Below, one piece after another: positions 22,690 to 23,849 of a DNA stretch of 23,849 nucleotides (position 1 is the stretch's first letter; the number at the start of each line of letters is the position of its first letter). Made by a program: the position numbers and the translations under genes. Source of the stretch: Candidatus Micrarchaeota archaeon. Its GTDB lineage: Archaea; Micrarchaeota; Micrarchaeia; Anstonellales; Bilamarchaeaceae. The stretch is taken from the NCBI GenBank assembly GCA_037440825.1, contig JBBITJ010000001.1, positions 39,828 through 63,676 of the forward strand. The letters are read 5' to 3'. The notes under the pieces were generated by a model. That model searched no databases, was not told the DNA's origin, and saw only the letters and a list, made by a program, of their open reading frames with translations.

Positions 22690-23844
22690 ATGGCTAAAAA
22701 ATACATAACATCTGAATCCGTCACAGAGGGACACCCTGACAAGATATGCGACCAGGTGAGCGACGCTATACTGGATGAATTGCTGAAGCAGGACCCGAAC
22801 TCGCGCGTCGCAGTGGAGACGCTCACCACCACCGGGATGGTCATCTGCGCCGGCGAAGTGACCACTAGGGGCTATGCTGACGTGCAGACGATAGTGAGGA
22901 ACACTCTCAAGGAAATAGGGTACACGGATCCTGAATACGGGATAGACTCGCAGGACGCGGCTGTGCTCGTATCCATACACGACCAGAGCCCTGACATCGC
23001 CATGGGCGTTGACGAGAAGGCAGGAAAGGAGCAGGGCGCGGGAGACCAAGGCATGATGTACGGCTATGCCAGCAACGAGACTCCGGAGCTCATGCCGCTT
23101 CCCATAATGCTTGCGCACAGGCTCACCCAAAAACTGGCGGAGGTGAGGAAGAACGGCACGCTCGCATACCTGGGGCCTGACGGCAAATCCCAGGTCTCGG
23201 TGGAATACGAGGGCAGCAAGCCCCTGAGGGCGAGCGCGATAGTCATCGCAGCGCAGCACCGCGAAGCCGTGAGCGAGGAAGTCGTGAGGAAGGATGTGCT
23301 CGAGCACGTGATAAGGCCCGTATGCGGCAAATTGATGGACGCAGGAACCACGGTGCACATAAACGCGACCGGGAAATTCGTGATAGGAGGACCGCAGGGA
23401 GACACCGGAGTGACCGGAAGGAAGATAATAGTGGACACTTACGGCGGCGTAGGAAGGCACGGAGGAGGATGCTTTTCAGGCAAGGATCCGAGCAAGGTGG
23501 ACAGGAGCGGCGCTTATGCTGCGCGCTGGGTCGCGAAGAACATCGTGGCTGCAGGGCTCGCGGACAGGTGCGAGGTCCAGATTTCCTATTGCATAGGCAT
23601 CGCCGAGCCCACCTCTATAAACGTGGAAACTTTCGGGACGGACAAGATACCTGAGGAGAGAATAGCGGAGATAGTGAAGAAGCACTTCAAGCTCACTCCC
23701 AGGTGGATAATAGATACGCTGAAGCTCAAGAGGCCTATATACAGGAAAACCGCTGCTTACGGCCATTTCGGGAGGAACGATCCTGATTTCACCTGGGAGA
23801 AGACGGACATGGTTCCGCTGCTCAGGAAGGAAGCCGGGCTCTGA
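22690..23844 (+). CDS. metK: S-adenosylmethionine synthetase, bacterial/eukaryotic type
   Basis: [37 protein letters not shown]...[27 protein letters not shown]. Confidence 0.97.
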   Translation: MAKKYITSESVTEGHPDKICDQVSDAILDELLKQDPNSRVAVETLTTTGMVICAGEVTTRGYADVQTIVRNTLKEIGYTDPEYGIDSQDAAVLVSIHDQSPDIAMGVDEKAGKEQGAGDQGMMYGYASNETPELMPLPIMLAHRLTQKLAEVRKNGTLAYLGPDGKSQVSVEYEGSKPLRASAIVIAAQHREAVSEEVVRKDVLEHVIRPVCGKLMDAGTTVHINATGKFVIGGPQGDTGVTGRKIIVDTYGGVGRHGGGCFSGKDPSKVDRSGAYAARWVAKNIVAAGLADRCEVQISYCIGIAEPTSINVETFGTDKIPEERIAEIVKKHFKLTPRWIIDTLKLKRPIYRKTAAYGHFGRNDPDFTWEKTDMVPLLRKEAGL

Positions 23845-23849
23845 ACACC

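Overview
Archaeal chromosomal window, most consistent with a Micrarchaeota-like (DPANN) genome. Support: archaeal-type ThrRS and IleRS, RFC small subunit, TATA boxes about 26-31 nt before apparently leaderless starts, GGTG(A) Shine-Dalgarno motifs, and a ~390-aa tRNA splicing endonuclease resembling the ARMAN epsilon2 type. Gene content is mostly housekeeping: tRNA-Glu, tmk, a PadR/ABC/COG1361/permease operon, a glnA homologue, cysE, tRNA-Phe, endA, an MBL hydrolase, ttuA plus a ThiS/SAMP-like carrier, rfcS, thrS, an endonuclease IV homologue, ileS, a KaiC-like ATPase, a SufT-like protein and bacterial-type metK. The main finding lies in intergenic DNA below the ORF-track cutoff. Two short, apparently leaderless ORFs end in codon clusters for the amino acid handled by the downstream gene: MDPSVVIVATGGTTTTTC* before thrS and MQGTIVRSYSISASLPCCRCLC* before cysE. 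These are candidate ribosome-mediated amino-acid attenuators in an archaeon; a start-less QRQQQ cluster also precedes the glnA homologue. Also notable: the full-length glutamine synthetase homologue has lost most catalytic residues; degenerate 7-bp repeat arrays are dispersed through the window, three inside gene 5' ends; and there are several small gene relics. All calls come from reading the sequence; no database searches were run.
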